A stretch of DNA of 64,000 nt from positions 78,308,001 through 78,372,000 of the forward strand of contig CM059432.1 of NCBI GenBank assembly GCA_030390025.1, read 5' to 3'. This DNA comes from Squalus acanthias. Lineage: Eukaryota. The notes beneath the pieces were generated by a model. The model was not told the DNA's origin. It saw only the letters and a program-made list of their open reading frames with translations, and made no database searches. Shown one piece after another: positions 12,326-24,895 of the stretch; the first letter of the stretch is position 1; every line of letters begins with the position of its first letter. Position numbers and translations under genes: made by a program.

Positions 12326-13218
12326 GGGGGAAAAATTCAGTTGCGCCCCATTTGGGGCGCAAATATCGTCCGGGCGCAAAAATTATCGCCTGGCGCTAAT
12401 TATCGCCATTGACTGGAAACTTCACTTTTATCGACCCCTGAGGTGATTGGAGCGCTAAATCAGGCGCTTCACACCTGTCTTAAGGCGCAAAGGCCGAGGA
12501 GCGAGGCGCTAACTCAGAGCGCTGGCGAAGCTCATGTAATGTCAGTCAGCAATGGAACACACACTCAATGGCACCGGCCAGTTCTTAAAGGGGATGGTTA
12601 ATCTTGCTTTCCATCCACATCCTGCTCATTGCAGCCTTGAATCTCGGCCTGGAGAGACCTGCACATCAAATGTGCTGGAAAGATCAATGGAGAGTGCCAG
12701 GCAAAGAGCTCAGAGTGCAGCCCCCAAAGTCTCTGCTAAATCGATACAAGGAATGGCAAATCAAAATGAACCTGCAAAGTGCTGCTCAGTACCCAAAACT
12801 CCTTCACACAACGTTGAATCTCTCCAGAAGTCTCTCCCTCTCTCTCTCAGAATGCGTAGTTCAAAAATGGCACCAACAATAAAAGGCAGTAAGCGGACAC
12901 CTTTAAATAGCGCTCCCCCTTTCCCTTCATGACTGCAGAACGCTCCCCTCAACCTGTCGTTGCTAGCGTCAGGCAGTAAGGCAGGGGGCGCCACTCAATA
13001 TCCGCTCCGGGGCGATACCGGGGCGTTGCACACTCGAGTGACGTCATGATCTGCCGGCGCAGGAGATCGCGGCGATAAAGTTTAGCGCCGCCGCAAAATG
13101 TCTAGTTAAGTTCGTGAGCGGCGCAAACATCGCTGCGCCCGGGCGCTAGCTGCTTTGCGCCCCATTAGCGCCCTCTTAAGGCGCTAACGGGAGGTGCAAC
13201 CAACTGAATTTTTCCCCC
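12326..13218. mobile_element. Non-autonomous deletion derivative (D) of the Harbinger C family
   Basis: TIRs GGGGGAAAAATTCAGTTG / CAACTGAATTTTTCCCCC; TSD AAT; collinear with 58529-59417 and with both ends of 42828-46896 (inverted). Confidence 0.93.
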
Positions 13219-13821
13219 AATATTTATACTGGTAGACAAATGAAGAATAAACAGACCTATACTTCCAATGACAGCAATGGGGTGTTAAAGCTATAAGGGT
13301 AATTATATAAATTTGTGTTCCAGGCACTGAGCTTCACCTGCTGGGAGACATATCAGAAATTTGTTCCCCAAAATTTTCCATCCATTCATTTTAATGGCTA
13401 GAAAACCATAGGGAGTGCATGAACGAATTGATGATATGCACTCCTGATGGGTAACACTTCATGCTGAAAGTGAGAACTCTAACAATGACACCTTATCGAT
13501 TGAGTAGAAAATTACCCTTTTTATATGGAATAGGAATTAATATGGTCAATCGTGCCTTTTAAAACTTTACACATTTAACCAGTGTATCGTTAAGGGGAGC
13601 AGACAGTTTTGGGCCGATTTTCTGAATGCTCCCTGCAGGAGGGGAGCCTTACCCATCAGGAAATCGTAGGTGGACTGTCTGTGATTTTCTATCCATTGAT
13701 TTCAATGTACAGCCAGGGATTTCCTGTTGGAAGTGCACATTTGGAAAATCATCCATTAATAAAAGGTTCCCATTCCATTTTTTGATTTATTTTATTTTCT
13801 CCCCTGCTAGTTCCCTACGCC

Positions 13822-15345
13822 ATTTAGCCCCTCGAGCCTGTTCCGCCATTCAATGAGATCATGGCTGATATGCGACCTAACTCCATATACCTTTGCCCCA
13901 TATCCCTTAATGGCCCGTATTTTCCAATTGCAGGCCTCCTGCAGACGGAGGCCTGCAATCTGGAAAAATCTACGCCCTTACCTGAGGGCTCCCGGGACGC
14001 ACACACTTCCGCTCCTGGGCCTCACCAAACTCTAAGTGCGCAGGGCCCACGTATCCCAGAGGTGCAGGTAGTTCGCAGCGTCCCTGGGATCACGTGGGCC
14101 ATGGGGAGCCAATCACAGAAGGGAATCTCCCTTCATACATTTGACAGGAAGACCTGTCAAATATATGAATGGAGATCAATGAAAAAACATAGTAAAACTT
14201 TAAATAAATTAAAAAAAATATCACATTTTTAAAATGACTTGAAATTTAATTTTTTGAAAAAAATAATTAAAGTATTTTACGGGGCTAAAAATAAACTTAC
14301 CTTTTTTAAAAGTATTTTTAAATGATAAATCAGTGAAAAAACATTTTTAAAAACTTTTTTCTACTCTTATCCTGGTAAAAGCAGGCCTTACGCCTGCTTT
14401 TACCAGGCGTAAGAATTGTAAGGGTTTTCTGTGGGCGGAGGGTCTCCAAAAAGCGGAACTATCCGCCCGCAGAGGCCCTTCTCCAGGGCAGCCGGAGGAT
14501 CTGTCAAGACCATTCTTGACAGATCGGAAATGCCAGTTTTCAGCGCATGCGCTGTGCATGCCTGAAACCGGCATTTCCGATGTCCCTACGGGTGGGTGCA
14601 CAGCACGTACCCAGCCGTAGGGATCGGAATATCCGGCCCAACACCTTTGGTTAACAAAAATCTATCAATCTCCGATTTAAAATTAACAATTGACCTAACA
14701 TCAATTGCCGTTTGCGGAAGAGAGTTCCAAACTTCTACCACCCTTTGTGTGTAGAAGTGTTTCCTAATTTCACTCCTGAAAGGTCTGGCTCTAAATTTTA
14801 GCCTATGCCCCTAGTCCTAGACTCCCCAATCAGCGGAAATAGTTTCTCTCTATCTACCCTATCGGTTCCCCTTAATATCTTGAAAACTTCGATCAAATCA
14901 CCCCTTAACTTTCGAAATTCCAGGGAATACAACCCTAGTTTATGTAATCCCTCCTTGTAATTTAATCCTTGGAGTCTGGGTATCATTCTGGTAAACCTAC
15001 GCTGCACTCCCTCCAAGGCCAATATATCCTTCCTAAGGTGTGGTGCCCAGAACTTCTCACAGTACTCCAGGTGTGGTCTAATCAGGGCTTTGTATAGCTG
15101 CAGCACAACTTCTACAACCTTGTATTCTAGTCCTCTAGGTATAAAGGCCAGCATTCCATTAGACTGTTTGATTATTTACTGTACCTGTTCATGACATTTT
15201 AATGATCTTTGTACCTGGACCCCCAAGTCTCTTTGGACCGCCATTGTTTTTAGCTTTTCACCATTTAGAAAGTACCTTGTTCTATACTTTTTAGGTCCAA
15301 AGTGGATGAACTCACATTTGCCTACATTGAAATTCATTTGCCACA
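13822..15345 (-). mobile_element. CR1 LINE 3' portion, interrupted by a MITE
   Basis: ORF 14798-15154 encodes the CR1 ORF2 C-terminus. The 3' UTR at 13822-13911 resumes at about 14643. Confidence 0.88.
13912..14639. mobile_element. Harbinger-type MITE inserted in a CR1 3' UTR
   Basis: TIRs GGCCCGTATTTTCC / GGAATATCCGGCCC; flanks AAT/AAC; AT-rich core; splits otherwise contiguous CR1 sequence. Confidence 0.75.
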
Positions 15346-15348
15346 GTT

Positions 15349-17932
15349 TGGAAAACTGCCCAGGTATGTCCTGTCCACAAAAAGCAGGACAAATCCAATC
15401 CAGCCAATTACCGCCCCATCAGTCTACTCTCAATCATCAGCAAAGTGATGGAAGGTGTTATCGACAGTGCTTTCAACCGGCACTTACTCACCAATAACCT
15501 GCTCACCGATGCTCAGTTTGGGTTCCGCCAGGACCACTCAGCTCCAGACCTCATTACAGCCTTGGTCCAAACATGGACCAAAGAGCTGAATTCCAGAGAT
15601 GAGGTGAGAGTGACTACCCTTGACATCAAAGCAACATTTGACTGAGTGTGGCATCAAGGAGTCCCAGTAAAATTGATGTCAATGGGAATCAGGGGGATAA
15701 TTCTTCACTGGCTGGAGTCATACCTAGCACAAAGGAAGATGGTTGTGGTTGTTGGAGGCCAATCATCTCAGCCCCAGGACATCGCTGCAGGAGTTCCTCA
15801 GGGCAGTGTCCTAGGCCCAACCATCTTCAGCTGCTTCATCAATGACCTTCCCCCCATCATAAGGTCAGAAGTGGGGATGTTCGCTGATGAATGCACTGTG
15901 TTCAGTTCCATTCACAACTCCTCAGATAATGAAGCAGTCCATGTCTGTAAGCAGCAAGACCTGGACGACATTTAGGCTTGGGCTGATAAGTTTCAAATAA
16001 CATTCGCGCCACGCAACTGCCAGGCAATGACTATCTCCAACAAGAGAAAGTCTAACCACCACCCCATGACATTTAATGGCATTACCATCGCCGAATCCCC
16101 CAACATCAACATCCTGGGGATCACCATTGGCCAGAAACTTAACTGGACCAGCCACATAACTACTGTGGCTACAAGAGCAGGTCAGAAGCTGGGTATTCTG
16201 TGGCGAGTGTAGGGGGTGGTGTGTGGGGGGGTCAGCCTCACCTCTGACTCAGTGAGCGGTTCGAATCGCTCCCACACCCCTGGTTCTAGACCTGGACTTA
16301 TTTGGGGGTCGTGAACAAAGATGCAGTAGACAACAGGTTTGATGAAAGAACTTTGACTTTTATTAAAGGAAGTAAAACACAACACAAACTCTCTTATCAC
16401 TCTAAAGGTGGGGAACACTTCGGTACAAGCGAGGGAAATAACATTAGAAGAATACTTCACCCCTCCCAACCCCACTTCACTAGCTAGGTTGGACTCTGAA
16501 GAACCAGGGATAATGCTCACCAAACGAATCCTTGACAGTTTAGAGTTAGGGTTTAGAGTCTTTTGAGTAAAAGGTTTCGTACAGCCCTTGTTGCCGCGAG
16601 GTGTCCGATGGTCACTGAGGCAGTTGCTCTGGTTTCTTCTTGCGTGTCGGTCTGCTTGTGAAGCTGTTGGCCTTCTTTGTTTAACTTCTTGCTGTAACTC
16701 TGCCTGTTTAAACTGTCTTCTTCCGAGCTGTGGAACTGCCTTCTGTTGAACTTGAACTGTTGTACTGGAGAACTTCAACTGTTGTAACTGCTTGATGGGC
16801 CTTCAATTATACTAAATTGAAGTGGCCTTATCTACCCCAAATCAAATCCCGGTCATTGTAAGACCTCGTTAACAGTAACGACTTTACTAGCGTGTTAACT
16901 GGTTTTGTATAGCTCCATCCTGTCGATCTGTTGTTTAATCGGAGTTTGCATTGTCCTCGTGTTTTGGGTTTCTTGACTGGGCCTGGGGATTTTCAAAAGG
17001 TGTCTTGAATTATTCAATTTTGGATGTGTTTGTGAGGTTTTGGGTGAGGCTCTTCCTCCTGCTTGGATTGCAGTGCAAACATTTTCCAGACAGCTCGACT
17101 GGGCCCCAAAATCCAAAAGCCTCGCCACACCCCTCCGCAGCCTGTCTTGTGTCTGTGAAAGGTGTTTTTCCCAATAGTCATATCCAAAAGTCATTTTCCT
17201 CAGGGGTTTTCTTCCCTGATCCTTAAGAATGTCCAAAACTGAGGTTTTTACCTCAAATCACTTCACTTAGGTCCCATCATCCCAAATTCGTATGAAAAAT
17301 CCAAAAATCATCCCTTTTAGGGTTCTATACGAGTTTCTGGGGGATTTTGCGAAGCTTACACGAGTGTCTCACCTCCTGACTCCCCAAAGCCTTCCCACCA
17401 TCTACAAGGCACAAGTAAGGAGTGTGATGGAATACTCTCCACTTGCCTGGATGAGTGCAGCTCCAACAACACTCAAGAAGCTCGACACCAGCCAGAACAA
17501 AGCAGCCCGCTTGATTGGCACCCCATCCACCACCTTAAACATTCACTCCCTCCACCACCGTGGCTGCAGTGTGTACCATCTACAAGATGCGCTGTAGCGA
17601 CTCACCAAGGCTTCTTCGGCAGCACCTCCCAAACCCACGACCTCTACCACCTAGAAGGACAAGGGCAGCAGGCACATGGGAACACAATTACCTCTAAGTT
17701 CCCCTCCAAGTCACACACCATCCTGACTTAGAAACATATTGCCATTCCTTTATCGTCGCTGGGTCAAAATCCTGGAACTCCCTCCCTAACAGCACTGTGG
17801 GAGTACCTTCACCATACGGACTGCAGCGGTTTAAGTAGGTGGCTCACCACCACCTTCTCAAGGGCAATTAGGGATGGGCAATAAATGCTGGCCTTGCCAG
17901 TGACGCCCACATCCCATGAACGAATAAAAAAC
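15349..17932 (+). mobile_element. Non-LTR retrotransposon (CR1/L2/Jockey group) with RT domain and 3' end, split by a solo LTR
   Basis: QFGFRQDHS, LDIKATFD*VWH, GVPQGSVLGP, MFADE, then IYKAQVRSVMEYS after the insert; ends CATCCCATGAACGAATAAAAA; contains stops. Confidence 0.88.
16208..17360 (-). mobile_element. Solo LTR (1153 bp) of an ERV or Gypsy-type element
   Basis: Termini TGTA...TACA; exact 4-bp TSD CGAG (16204-16207, 17361-17364); interrupts a LINE ORF; AATAAA on the minus strand near 16360 suggests the orientation. Confidence 0.8.
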
Positions 17933-18117
17933 AAAGGTGCCAAGAAGGTTCCAGACAATTTCCCATAGGAAATGGGATGAAATGGTAGGTTGTGTCATTT
18001 TGGGACACCCTTCTAGTGACTGGATAAGGACAGATCAATAAAGTGACCAGTCAGCATTGTGCATTGTATTTATTATGACGAATCAAAGAGTTCGAATTCA
18101 TTCAGTTTTGTTCGCAG

Positions 18118-18283
18118 ACCTGAAAAGAAGAGTGAGCAACCCATGTGTGAAGAACATGACGATGAACGAATCAACATTTATTGTCTGACATGTGAAGTGC
18201 CAACGTGCTCCATGTGTAAAGTGTTTGGTGCTCATAAAGAATGTGAGGTGGCTCCACTCAATAATATTTATAAAAGGCAAAAG
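18118..18283 (+). CDS. TRIM55: TRIM55/MuRF2 exon (B-box2), 166 nt
   Basis: cag|A...AAG|gtagg; encodes [56 protein letters not shown]. Confidence 0.95.
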
Positions 18284-19259
18284 GTAGGTCTCATTTTCTC
18301 TTCTTCACAGTTTTTTTTAATAAGGTTTCTCCTCCCTCCTTTTTGAACAGTTCAAATCTATTTCCATTCAAGCGATAGAAAAATAATCAGCTCCCAGGAC
18401 TCTTTCAATGAAATTTATGTCACTAAGAAGAGCAGCCTGGGGTTACTCGTGCCTATTCCCAGTTTTCAATTTAATGCTTGTCCTTCATAAGATGATTATG
18501 CTGTCGTGCTTTTATTTGTATACCACGCTGTTTATTTTTAAGGGAAATAAGCAACACAAATATGAATGTCTGAAATGCTTCGTTTGGAGCTACAGCTTCT
18601 AAATATAATATTTAGGTATTACCCAGTCCCTCCTTTGACAAACCACACTAATGATTCAGGCCTGCACATGATCGCGGGATTGTCATTGTCCATTACCACA
18701 GTACTGCCTATCTGTTGATGAGATACTGACCTATTATATGGTGACATTACCTAATGCTAGAGTCAGCAAGCAAATGTACAAAACTGGTGGTTGGGTCACT
18801 GTTATGTATCAGCCCTGAAATTCTTTGCTAATGCCTCAGCCAAGTCATTGTTTGCTCACAGAGACTAACAACAATTCCACTAAAGCTTTATCATTTTGGT
18901 TTTGCACTGGTTATCCCAAAGTCACTGGGTAGAGATAAACCAACATAAGTTCAATCACAGTAGGGAACACTTTTTACAATGGTCAGTATGTTACCTGCTT
19001 GACAGTTGCTAAACTGACCATTAGGGTAGGTATGTGGCAATTGCCTAGTTTCTGGTAGACATGAATAGCAAATTTGTGAGCCACAAATCTGACAGGAGGA
19101 ACTCCAGATGTGTCCATCAGCTTGATGCACAGGTGATACTCAGGAACTGAAATGGATGAACTTAAATAATAATTCCTAACTATAACTTAAATGTCTTCTG
19201 TTTAATAACAAGTTGTTCTTAGTCAGGAACTTTGAAATTTAATATCACTGCTGATGCAT

Positions 19260-19920
19260 GGGCTGGTATTTTAAAAATGGAGGCAGGTTGGTAGCGGTTG
19301 GGGGGGGGGGCGCTAGAAAGCGGCCGGGAAACCAAGGAGAACAGGTTTCCCGCAGGCCCTGCCGAACTTAACGGCAGGGCCTGATTAACATTTCAAAGCT
19401 CTGTTTCCCGCTCGCAGCCAGCCAGATGGAAAGGCTGGCTGGCTACGGGCGGGCAGGCCTGCGGCACTTGTGGGAGGGGATCGAAGATCTTGGGGGGTGT
19501 GGAATTGGAGGCCTTGTGGGGGGGGGGGAATCGGAGGCCTGGGGGGGGGTGCTGTCCAATTGCGGGGGGTTGGGTGAGGCAGGGACACTGGATCCAGCAG
19601 GTAAGTTTAAAGGCACGTACCTCCTGAATTGAACAGGCCTCGCCTTACTTTAGCTAACGGGTTCCCTGAGGCCTGGGAAACCCAACCAGCCAGAGTTAAA
19701 TTTGTAATGGTGGTTCACCATGTGGCATGGCAGCCTCATTATAATATTTAAATGGACAACCCGCCTCCTGGGAGCGGGTTGGCTGCCTGGCTCCTGGTCC
19801 CGCCTCCATTAAAACCGGAAGTGGGCGGGTGGGAGGCGAGTTGGGGTCGGGTTTCAGTTTTTTAAAACTTTAACCTCCCACCTGACCCCAACCCACCCAT
19901 CTTTGGGTGTTAAAATTCTG
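19260..19920. mobile_element. Harbinger-type MITE, same family as 511-1548
   Basis: Shared internal blocks (CCGCAGGCCCTGCCGAA, CCATTAAAACCGGAAGTGGGCGGG); left TIR GGGCTGGTATTTTAA; right end degraded. Confidence 0.8.
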
Positions 19921-20214
19921 ATGCCAGTCTATAATTATTTATGCATTAGCCTCAAATTCAGTTTTTGTACAAACAACAAAATGAGGCTGTGTGTTCTTTT
20001 TATCCTGCCATATGACCTGTTACAGTCTCTGAAACTAACCTTATTTGCAATCTTGAGATATGATTCTGTCAAGCAAGCAATTTTAGTCAATTTTGGTTGC
20101 ACCATGCAATTTTGCTTGTTACAATTTCAATTAAAACTGCAGTGAAATCTGAAATTAGTGAGCCTTCTAATTCTGTTTAGCTAATTTAGAATCTTCTGTT
20201 TATTTTGTGTGCAG

Positions 20215-20310
20215 TCTGAGTTCAGTGATGGGATTGCAATGCTAGTAGCAAGCAATGACCGGATTCAGACAGTAATCACTCAGATGGAAGATACATGCAG
20301 AAATATTGAG
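20215..20310 (+). CDS. TRIM55: TRIM55 exon (coiled coil), 96 nt
   Basis: gcag|TCT...GAG|gtatt; encodes [32 protein letters not shown]. Confidence 0.95.
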
Positions 20311-20872
20311 GTATTTCCGATTTTTAAAGCTGTATCACAAGATTTATTCCCTGAAGCTATCCTTTGCAAATATTAGCATCCAAGCTCTTAAGGCTTTCTT
20401 TGTATGAAATTTGTTTGTCCGCTTAACAAAGTCGTTAACCTGTTTACAATGAAAAAAGCTAACACCTCTGTTAAAATTGCAGTCAAAGGGATAATATTCA
20501 CACAGCGTCATTTGATGGCCCGATCTGTAAAGCTGTATCACAAATACAAACAACTGCAATGCAAATGTGCCAAAAGTATTGCAAAGATACATTATTCAAT
20601 TTTCACCAAAGGTATTTATTTTTAGAAGCTAAACTCTTATTTTTGTCCAGTTCTCCTGGGCCACAGTTCAGCTGTTCCTCAGAGACCTGTTACCAGGCCT
20701 CCAACAATGCAGCTCTGAGCTGACTGTTAGAACTTGCAAAAGTTATCTCAGTATGAATTTCCCATTAACTCTCTTTATGGGGGAATAGCAACCCCACCTC
20801 TGATCAGTATCTCCCTACAACATGAGCTCAAGAGCTCAGTGTGTGGCCAATCAAACCTGCACCCACCCACAG

Positions 20873-21350
20873 GGTGTCAGCTGTGGCTCAGTGGGTAGCA
20901 CACTCGCCTCTGAGTCAGGAGGTTGTGGGTTCAAAGTCCCACTCCATGGACTTGAGCACCTAAAGCTAGGCTGACACTCCAGTGCAGTGCTGAGGGAGTG
21001 CTGCACTGTCGGAGGTGCCGTCTTTTGGATGAGACGTTAAACCGAGGCCCTGTCTGCTCTCTCAGGTGGATGTAAAAGATCCCGTGGCACTATTTCGAAG
21101 AAGAGCAGGGGAGTTATCCCCGGTGTCCTGGCCAATATTTATGCCTCAACTAACATAACAAAAACAGATTATCTGGTCATTATCACATTGCTGTTTCTGG
21201 GAGCTTGCTGAGTGCAAATTGGCTGCCGCGTTTCCCACATTACAACAGTGACTACACTTCAAAAAGTACTTCTTTGGCTGTAAAGTGCTTTGAGATGTCC
21301 GGTGGTCGTGAAAGTTGCTATATAAATGCAAGTCTTTCTTTTTTTTCTTT
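20873..21350 (+). mobile_element. tRNA-derived DeuSINE (SacSINE1-like), full length
   Basis: A-box TGGCTCAGTGG; B-box-like GGTTCAAAGTCC; Deu-domain GTCGGAGGTGCCGTCTTT.GGATGAGACGTTAAACCGAGG...CCCCGGTGTCCTGGCCAA; tail TATATAAATGCAAGTCTTTCTT. Confidence 0.85.
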
Positions 21351-21769
21351 ATGACATGTGTGCTGGTGCTCCAGCATGCTACATCCCTAGAGTTTCTGCA
21401 TATGTCATAAAAAATAACTTTTTATCCCTGATTTTTTTTACATAGTGACAGATGTAATATATTGATACAATAGCAAAAAAAGATTTATTTCCTGAAGCTA
21501 TCCTTTGCAAATATTAGCATCCAAACTCTTAAGGCTTTGTTTGTATGAAATTGGTTTGTCCGCTTAACAAAGTCGTTAACCTATTTACAATAAAAAAGCT
21601 AACACCTCTGTTAAAATTGCAGACAAAGGGATAATATTCACACAGCATCATTTCAAGGCCCTAAAAGCTAGGAGTCTTTTGTACACTGCTTTTCTGTTTG
21701 TGGATGAAGCTACTTCAGTATTTGAAAAATTAAACCTTGTGCAAAGTGACTATTGCCTAAATGTTGCAG

Positions 21770-22003
21770 GATAACAGTAGCAGCCAAAAGGAACTGATGT
21801 GTGAAAAGTTTGATGGTCTGTATGCAATGCTGGAGGAAAGGAAAAAGGACATGGTGCAAAACATCACAGTGGAACAGGAAGAAAAGACACAGCATGTTCG
21901 CTCGTTGATTAGGAAATACGGAGAACACCTCGAGGGGGTATCCAAGATCATTGAGTCTGGATTGCAGTGTATGGAGGATCCTGAAATAGCAGTCTTTCTA
22001 CAG
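21770..22003 (+). CDS. TRIM55: TRIM55 exon (coiled coil/COS), 234 nt
   Basis: gcag|GAT...CAG|gtact; encodes DNSSSQKELMCEKFDGLYAMLEERK...QCMEDPEIAVFLQ. Confidence 0.95.
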
Positions 22004-22599
22004 GTACTGAGTTGGGCTTAATCAATGTAACTTAGGCAATAGTGCATAAGAAGGTGGGCATATCTCAGGAGTGATACCACACCATACATTGTTTTGGCAC
22101 AAAGTATTTATTATTATTGATAATAGTTAAACATTCTGGTTTTAATTTTTGTCAGATTTGGGGTTGTTACCAAAAAAGTAACATTGCCATTTTAAAACAT
22201 TTGTCTACTTGTCCTGATGGTAATCTTGGACATCCACATTAGTGTAAAAACAGGTTCTGATCTAAAAAGGTAGGCAAGAGCAGCTCTGATGAGATAGTGT
22301 TCATGTGTAGCCAGGTAAGCGTGATGTCGCCCATGGAATTTCAAATGTAGCTAAACATAAATGTTGACTTTAACATTTTTGCTTTCTGTGGAACTTTATC
22401 GGGTTTTAACAGTTAAACCTGAAAAGGGGAATCTTAGTAATAACTCTTTACTATTAAAAGCCTTGTTGCTGTGTGAATGTTGTCTGTGTGATATAGTATG
22501 GCAGAGACCCTTCAACCAATTGGATTGCAGAATCAGATATCTCTGTCTTGTAAACCAATCACATTCCAGAACTTCAACCAACCTGGTTCCAGAGACCAC

Positions 22600-23411
22600 G
22601 GGCTGGATTTTGCCAGCCCTGGGGAGGCGGGTTTGGAGGCGGGACTGCCGGGAAAATGGCAGAATTTGGGGGCAGGTGCCCAACCCGCCCCCAACCACCT
22701 CCATGCCATCTTGCTAGGAGGTGGGTAGCCAGCCCACACCGGGTCCCGTCTCCTTGGAGGCGGGAAGGGATTACAGCCACTTAACTGCCTGTTAACAGGT
22801 AGTTAACAGGCAGAAAATAGGATTATCCCCATTTTGCCCACACAAGTGCGGGCTTCCCAAGGCTCCGAAACCCACCAGGGTCACCGAGGCGAGTAGTGGG
22901 TCTGCGGGGGTCGGAGGGGTCCAAAAGTGCGCTGTGGAGGTGAGTGATGGGTGCAAGCATGGAGAGGTGAGTATCTGAGGTAAGTGCAAAGTGTTAGAAA
23001 AAGTGTACTTACCTTTGTTTCTTCCTGCAGGCTTCAATCGGTGTGTATGCGGAGAGTCTCGCACCTCCGCGGTAGAGATGCATTCTCCAATGCAGCAACC
23101 ATCTAATTTCTACAAAAGAAAGAGGTTTGATGAGGTCTTGAATTCAAGAACTCATCAAACTACAGAGAATGTCAGTGTTTGACAGCTTCACAGAGCTGTC
23201 AAATGATGACAATTGACAGATGAAACGTCATACGTTGACGTTCTCTGTAACCGGCTTTCCCTTAATTGGCCTGCTAAGCCCGCTGGGCGGGCTTAACAAG
23301 GTCAATCAAGGGAAAATAGCATGAGTTGGCCAGAAATTGATGGAGGCGGGACTGAAACCTGACAAGTGGGAATCCCGCCTCCAAAAGCTCCCCATTGGCA
23401 AAATCCAGCCC
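22600..23411. mobile_element. Harbinger-type MITE related to the ends of element A
   Basis: Perfect 16-bp TIR GGGCTGGATTTTGCCA; TSD CAC (22597-22599, 23412-23414); shares the GGAGGCGGGTTTGGAGGCGGGAC subterminal block with 7259. Confidence 0.88.
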
Positions 23412-23969
23412 CACTGTTCAGCTCTATCTCTGCCATGTCATTTCACAAAAATGACCAATCAGATTGTACCAAAAACAAAGTTTGCCCCATACACCTGCTA
23501 TGACATTTCCTCACTTAAGCCACTATATCCTCTGAAAACAACATTTAGATCATAATAAATACATTATATATTCAACAGTTCAAAACTTACCTATAAATAC
23601 TTCCATTCGTTCCACAAACAGCTTGATGCTGAACATCCTAAAGTCTCAAAGCTCCCTACTTCAATGTAGAAGACCACCATTCCCACAATTCACTGCACAA
23701 GTGTGGTCACAACACATGGACAAACCAATTCACTGCTTTCTTCATATAATCATTTCTGCGGCCCACCCTCTCCCTCTGTATATTGCATCAGTGGCATTTA
23801 GTCCAATCCTTCCCATTCTCTATGGTGCGTCAGTTGCTCCAACACTCTGCCTCATGCCATTTGATGTCTTTCAACCACCTGGCCCACTCCCATCATCGCA
23901 GTCTTCCCATGTGGCAGCACTAAAGAAGTAGTAGAAAATGTATTACAGAGGGAAGCAAGATAAAATAGA

Positions 23970-24380
23970 CAGGGGGAACTGGGTGAGACACTAACTTTCC
24001 ATCTCTGGGAACTTGGTTCAAGTACATCTTAGACAGATAGGATGATAGTCTCCATTGTCTGTTGTATCCAATGTCAAGTAAGTGCTATGTGAAATGAGTT
24101 TGGGCAGTCTAGTAGACAGGGGCCTACAGCACTATCCCTAACTTGGCACTAATTGGCAATCTCATGCGAAGAAGCCAAAGGAGGCTCATGTGGGAAGTGG
24201 GAAAAATGTCACATTGTTCCAGCAGGGGTGCTCTTCTGAGGCCGGGACTGAAGCTTGTTGTTGGACCAGAGTAGAGTGAGCTTCACTCTACATCTGGCTG
24301 TGCTATACCTATACTGGCAGTGCTTGATGCTGTCACTGGGTGCCTGAACTAGGAAGAGTCCTATTCCACAGCACTAACAA
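23970..24380 (+). mobile_element. Old LF-SINE-like element
   Basis: Contains TATGTGAAATGAGTT and TTGGCACTAATTGGCA motifs recalled from LF-SINE, and a degenerate tRNA-like head (GGTTCAAGT). Confidence 0.55.
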
Positions 24381-24424
24381 TCTTCACCTTGACGAGCACA
24401 AGAATTCAAAAAAACAGTAGCGTT

Positions 24425-24895
24425 TTAAAAAGGGAAGAAAAGATGTGAAGTTGAGAAACAAAAGAAAGAAATGCCAGCAGATGAAGGAGAGAGAAATAGC
24501 AGTAAAGGATGGCAGAGACAGAAAAACAGATTGAAGGAGGAAAGGAAATATTGTTCCCAGACAGACACCTCTGTGCGTATCAGGGTTTGAGAGCCCTGAG
24601 TCTGTCTCCAGTTCTCCATGACAGGTGAGAGGAAATAAAGAGAGAAAAAAAGACATGCATGTAGTGTGAGAGATAGAGAGAGTATTGACTGACAGAGAAG
24701 AGGAGACAAAGAGAACTGACACACAAGGGGAAACTGGGTAATAGCCAAGCACAGAGATACAGAAATGATATAAAAAAGAGTGTGTGAGGCATAGAGTGAG
24801 AGAGAGGAAGGGAGATAGAAAGAATGGAAGACATACAGAATATAGAGTGCAAGCCAGAAAGATTATGGAGTGCAGGAGAAGCAGACACAATTATA
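24425..24895. repeat. Purine (GA)-rich low-complexity tract
   Basis: Degenerate AGAG/ACAG repeats; source of the spurious hydrophobic minus-strand ORFs. Confidence 0.7.

Noticed and set aside
12552..12932. Conserved small ORFs repeated at 42962-43396 and 58755-59109
   Set aside because: The similarity reflects copies of the same transposon ends. Frames and lengths differ between copies.
1..18117. TRIM55 RING-domain exons
   Set aside because: No RING or LQRNLLVENII-like coding sequence was found by eye. They presumably lie upstream of the window.
20878..20950. tRNA genes (also 48090-48161)
   Set aside because: These are tRNA-derived SINE heads continuous with Deu or V domains.
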